64,000 nt of DNA from Bacteroidaceae bacterium (GTDB lineage Bacteria > Bacteroidota > Bacteroidia > Bacteroidales > Bacteroidaceae): contig JAZUFX010000054.1 of the NCBI GenBank assembly GCA_045640885.1, positions 14,917 through 78,916 on the forward strand. Reading direction: 5' to 3'. The position numbers were made by a program, and so were the translations under genes. The notes beneath the pieces are model-generated. The model saw nothing but the letters and a program-made list of their open reading frames with translations. It made no database searches and was not told the DNA's origin. Position 1 is the first letter of the stretch. Each line of letters starts with the position of its first letter. Shown here in pieces: positions 57,529-64,000 of the stretch.

Positions 57529-58767
57529 ATGGCGGTATCAAAAAAAAGCAGGACATGCAGTTTTTGCGGACGTTCGGACAGGGAGGTTGGCTTTCTGATA
57601 ACCGGTCTTGATGCCTGCATCTGCAACGAATGTGCTGAAAAGGCTGCCGAAATGGTGCGTGAGACAAGGCAGACCGTGCAGCCTGCACAGCTAAGCCTCT
57701 CAGATCTTCCAAAGCCTAAGGAAATCAAGAAATATCTTGACGATTATGTAATCGGCCAGGATTCTGCAAAACGCTATCTTTCGGTTGCCGTATATAACCA
57801 CTACAAGCGCATACTCCAGAAAGACAAAAGTTCCGATGATGATACTGACATTGAAAAGAGCAACATTATTCTTGTCGGTGCAACCGGAACAGGCAAGACA
57901 TTGCTGGCAAAGACCATTGCCCGTCTGCTGAAGGTTCCGTTCACCATTGTGGATGCTACGGTGCTGACCGAGGCCGGTTATGTGGGCGAAGATGTGGAGA
58001 GTCTTCTGTCGCGGCTTCTTCAGGTTGCCGATTATGATGTGGAAGCCGCCCAGCGCGGTATCGTATTCATTGACGAGATTGACAAGATTGCCCGTAAAGG
58101 TGACAATCCTTCCATAACAAGGGATGTGTCGGGCGAGGGCGTCCAGCAGGGCTTGCTCAAACTGCTTGAAGGTTCGGTCGTGAATGTGCCACCTCAGGGC
58201 GGTCGCAAACATCCGGAACAGAAATTCATACAGGTCGATACCAAGAATATACTGTTCATCTGCGGCGGAGCCTTTGACGGCATTGAACGCAAGATTGCGA
58301 ACAGGCTCAAGACTCAGGTGGTGGGCTTTGAATCGGCCGAAGTGCGTGACAAGGTCGATATGAACAGGCTCATGCAGTATGTGTCACCCCAGGATTTGAA
58401 GTCATTCGGCCTTATACCGGAAATCATCGGTCGTCTGCCGGTTGTCACCAGCCTTGAACCGCTTGACAGGAAGGCGCTCAGGAATATTCTTACGGAACCC
58501 AAGAATTCAATCGTCAGGCAGTATGTGAAACTGTTTGCCATGGACGACGTGAAACTGTCTTTCGCGCCAGAGACGCTTGATTTCATAGTTGACAAGGCCA
58601 TTGAATTCAAACTCGGTGCGAGAGGGCTCAGGTCTATAGTGGAAACCATTATGGTCGATGCCATGTTCGAGATTCCCTCGTCGTCAAGAAAAACGTTTCA
58701 GGTGACTTTGGAATATGCCCGCGCACAGCTTGATAAAGCAAGCGGAGCGGTTTTTGAAAACTCCTGA
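57529..58767 (+). CDS. clpX: ATP-dependent Clp protease ATP-binding subunit ClpX
   Basis: N-terminal zinc ribbon CSFCG...CICNEC, Walker [14 protein letters not shown], Walker B FIDEIDK. Confidence 0.97.
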   Translation: MAVSKKSRTCSFCGRSDREVGFLITGLDACICNECAEKAAEMVRETRQTVQPAQLSLSDLPKPKEIKKYLDDYVIGQDSAKRYLSVAVYNHYKRILQKDKSSDDDTDIEKSNIILVGATGTGKTLLAKTIARLLKVPFTIVDATVLTEAGYVGEDVESLLSRLLQVADYDVEAAQRGIVFIDEIDKIARKGDNPSITRDVSGEGVQQGLLKLLEGSVVNVPPQGGRKHPEQKFIQVDTKNILFICGGAFDGIERKIANRLKTQVVGFESAEVRDKVDMNRLMQYVSPQDLKSFGLIPEIIGRLPVVTSLEPLDRKALRNILTEPKNSIVRQYVKLFAMDDVKLSFAPETLDFIVDKAIEFKLGARGLRSIVETIMVDAMFEIPSSSRKTFQVTLEYARAQLDKASGAVFENS

Positions 58768-58829
58768 TTTTTTGTATGTGATTGGCATTTTTTACAGCAA
58801 AAAACTTGCAGGTTTGGTTTTCTTGTACT

Positions 58830-58837
58830 TAACTTTG
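58830..58837 (+). promoter_or_regulatory. Bacteroidota -7 box TAACTTTG for recQ
   Basis: Exact match 46 nt upstream of the 58884 ATG. A TTG lies about 21 nt upstream. Confidence 0.4.
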
Positions 58838-58883
58838 TTTTCTATCCCACAAAGGTGGAAAACAAGTTTTTTATTTACTGGAT

Positions 58884-62559
<3,676 letters not shown>

Positions 62560-62585
62560 TCCGTATCATACAACCAGTTATCGCT

Positions 62586-64000
62586 ATGAAAAAGAGTCTG
62601 TCTTTACTGGCTGCGGCATTGTTTGCAACGGCCGTATCTGCAGCTGACAATAATCCTGTTGTAATGACAGTGGCCGGCAATGATGTCAGCCTGTCGGAAT
62701 TCCGCCACTATCTTGAAAGCAACGGCTCCGTCAAATTTGAGAGGGATTTGAGCGTGAAGGATTTTGCCGACATGTATGTCGATTACAAGATGAAGGTCCA
62801 GGCTGCCGTGGATGCAGGCATTGACACCACGGAATCATTCATCAGAGAGTATCAGTCATACAGGAATTTTGAGGCGGACAATTATATCATAGACACTGCT
62901 TATCTGGAGACTACCGCCAGACGTTCATACGATGAATCGGTAAGGGAAGTCGGCGAGTTCGGGCTGATTCGTATCGGTGCCATTTCATTCGCACCTGACA
63001 ATGAAAGCCGTGAAGAACTTGACCGTTGCTTCTGTCTGGCCGATTCCATATATGAGGCACTTCAGAACGGCGCCGATTTCCAGACTCTTGTAGAGAAATA
63101 CTCTACAGACAAATACGCATCCAGGGGCGGCGATATGGGCTGGCATTCGACATCCCAGATACCTGAAGGGATCCTTAAGTTCATTCTCCCGTTGAAGGAA
63201 GGCGAGTGTACCCAACCATTCCTTGATGTCGACAGGGTATGCATACTCAAATATGACGGGCATCGTGACCTGGGTACATACGAGGAGAACAGAGCCGAGA
63301 TTTACGAGTGGATGACCAACAACCGGCCATTGATGGAGAGAGCTATGCTCAACAGGGCCAAAGTGTATTCCAACGGCTCCAACTGGGGACTTTCGGCCTC
63401 CGATTCCATTATCTCCTATATGGTTGAAAACCTGGAAACGGTATGCCCCGAATTCGGTAACATTTCGCGTGAATACCATGACGGTCTGCTTCTGTTCGAA
63501 ATCAGCAACCGTGAGGTCTGGAACAAAGCCCAAACCGATACGGAGGGGCTGTCGGAATTCTTCAGCTCAAATTCCAAACATATCAGGTTTGATGTCCCGT
63601 GCTTCAAGGGTATGGTGCTGTTCTGCAAGACAGAGGAAGTGTTCAATCAGATTGAGCAGGCTTTGAAGGACCGTCCATTTGAAGAATGGGCCGATATAAT
63701 AGTGTCATTCAATGCCGAAGTGCCACAGGTACGTGCAATGCGCGGCAAGAAGGAAAACGGAATTTTCCCGAAAGGAGAGAATGACTATGTGGATAAGCTG
63801 GTGTTCGGCGAAGGCAGTTTCGAGCCAAGAAGCGGATATCCTTTCACCCACGTGATAGGCCATGTGATCAAAGGGCCTGAAACATTGTCCGACGATCTGT
63901 CAATGGTTACGGAACTTTATCAGGAGCGGTTGGAAAAGGATTGGCTCAAGAGCCTCCACAAAAAATACAAATTCAAGATCAACAAAAAGATCCTGAAGCA
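62586..64000 (+). CDS. parvulin-type peptidylprolyl isomerase (SurA/PpiC-like), 3' end outside window
   Basis: Not in the ORF track because no stop is reached. I translated from ATG 62586. Signal peptide MKKSLSLLAAALFATAVSAAD. Rotamase core FQTLVEKYSTDKYASRGGDMGW. The frame stays open to base 64000. Confidence 0.8.
   Translation, partial: MKKSLSLLAAALFATAVSAADNNPVVMTVAGNDVSLSEFRHYLESNGSVKFERDLSVKDFADMYVDYKMKVQAAVDAGIDTTESFIREYQSYRNFEADNYIIDTAYLETTARRSYDESVREVGEFGLIRIGAISFAPDNESREELDRCFCLADSIYEALQNGADFQTLVEKYSTDKYASRGGDMGWHSTSQIPEGILKFILPLKEGECTQPFLDVDRVCILKYDGHRDLGTYEENRAEIYEWMTNNRPLMERAMLNRAKVYSNGSNWGLSASDSIISYMVENLETVCPEFGNISREYHDGLLLFEISNREVWNKAQTDTEGLSEFFSSNSKHIRFDVPCFKGMVLFCKTEEVFNQIEQALKDRPFEEWADIIVSFNAEVPQVRAMRGKKENGIFPKGENDYVDKLVFGEGSFEPRSGYPFTHVIGHVIKGPETLSDDLSMVTELYQERLEKDWLKSLHKKYKFKINKKILK

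Overview
This window looks like a syntenic, mostly housekeeping stretch of a Bacteroidota (Bacteroidales-type) chromosome. The taxon is inferred from three things. TAnnTTTG promoter boxes sit upstream of many genes. Bacteroidota-specific families are present (DUF4250, DUF4834, DUF5683, DUF349, PorX/PorW/PorQ-like). The gene order parA-parB-DUF5683-lytic transglycosylase-relA is typical of the group.

I call about 60 protein genes:
- Replication and repair: dnaE, recQ, a RecD-like helicase.
- Translation: alaS, rpmF, era, der, rsfS, rsmA, rsmD, tsaE.
- Proteostasis: tig-clpP-clpX, ftsH.
- Phospholipid and isoprenoid synthesis: pssA, psd, cdsA, ispH, a polyprenyl synthase.
- Partition: parA and parB.
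- Stringent response: relA/spoT.
- Also guaB, trxA, mgtE, lptB and tonB.

There are two tRNAs, Pro-GGG and Gln-CUG, plus several intrinsic terminators.

I see no rRNA, CRISPR array, transposase, integrase, reverse transcriptase or recognisable defence island. I therefore cannot support a claim of a clear novel multi-gene system here.

The most unusual stretch is the roughly 1.8 kb around tRNA-Pro (15.1-16.9 kb). It holds a 40-codon ORF whose stop codon lies inside a terminator-like hairpin just upstream of a large outer-membrane barrel gene. It also holds a perfect 26-nt palindrome, a visibly GC-rich orphan ORF, and a lower-GC self-contained lipoprotein cassette.

Other points worth a second look:
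- A tightly overlapping operon: small Cys-motif membrane protein, PorW/SprE-like TPR lipoprotein, PorX-like receiver-PglZ regulator, tsaE.
- A PorQ-like gene fused into one apparent transcription unit with cmk, ispH and a three-gene L-galactose-type catabolic module (aldo/keto reductase, amidohydrolase lactonase, Zn-dehydrogenase).
- A meaB GTPase translationally coupled to a flippase-like membrane protein, with no mutase nearby.

All functional calls come from reading the translated ORFs by eye. No database search was run.
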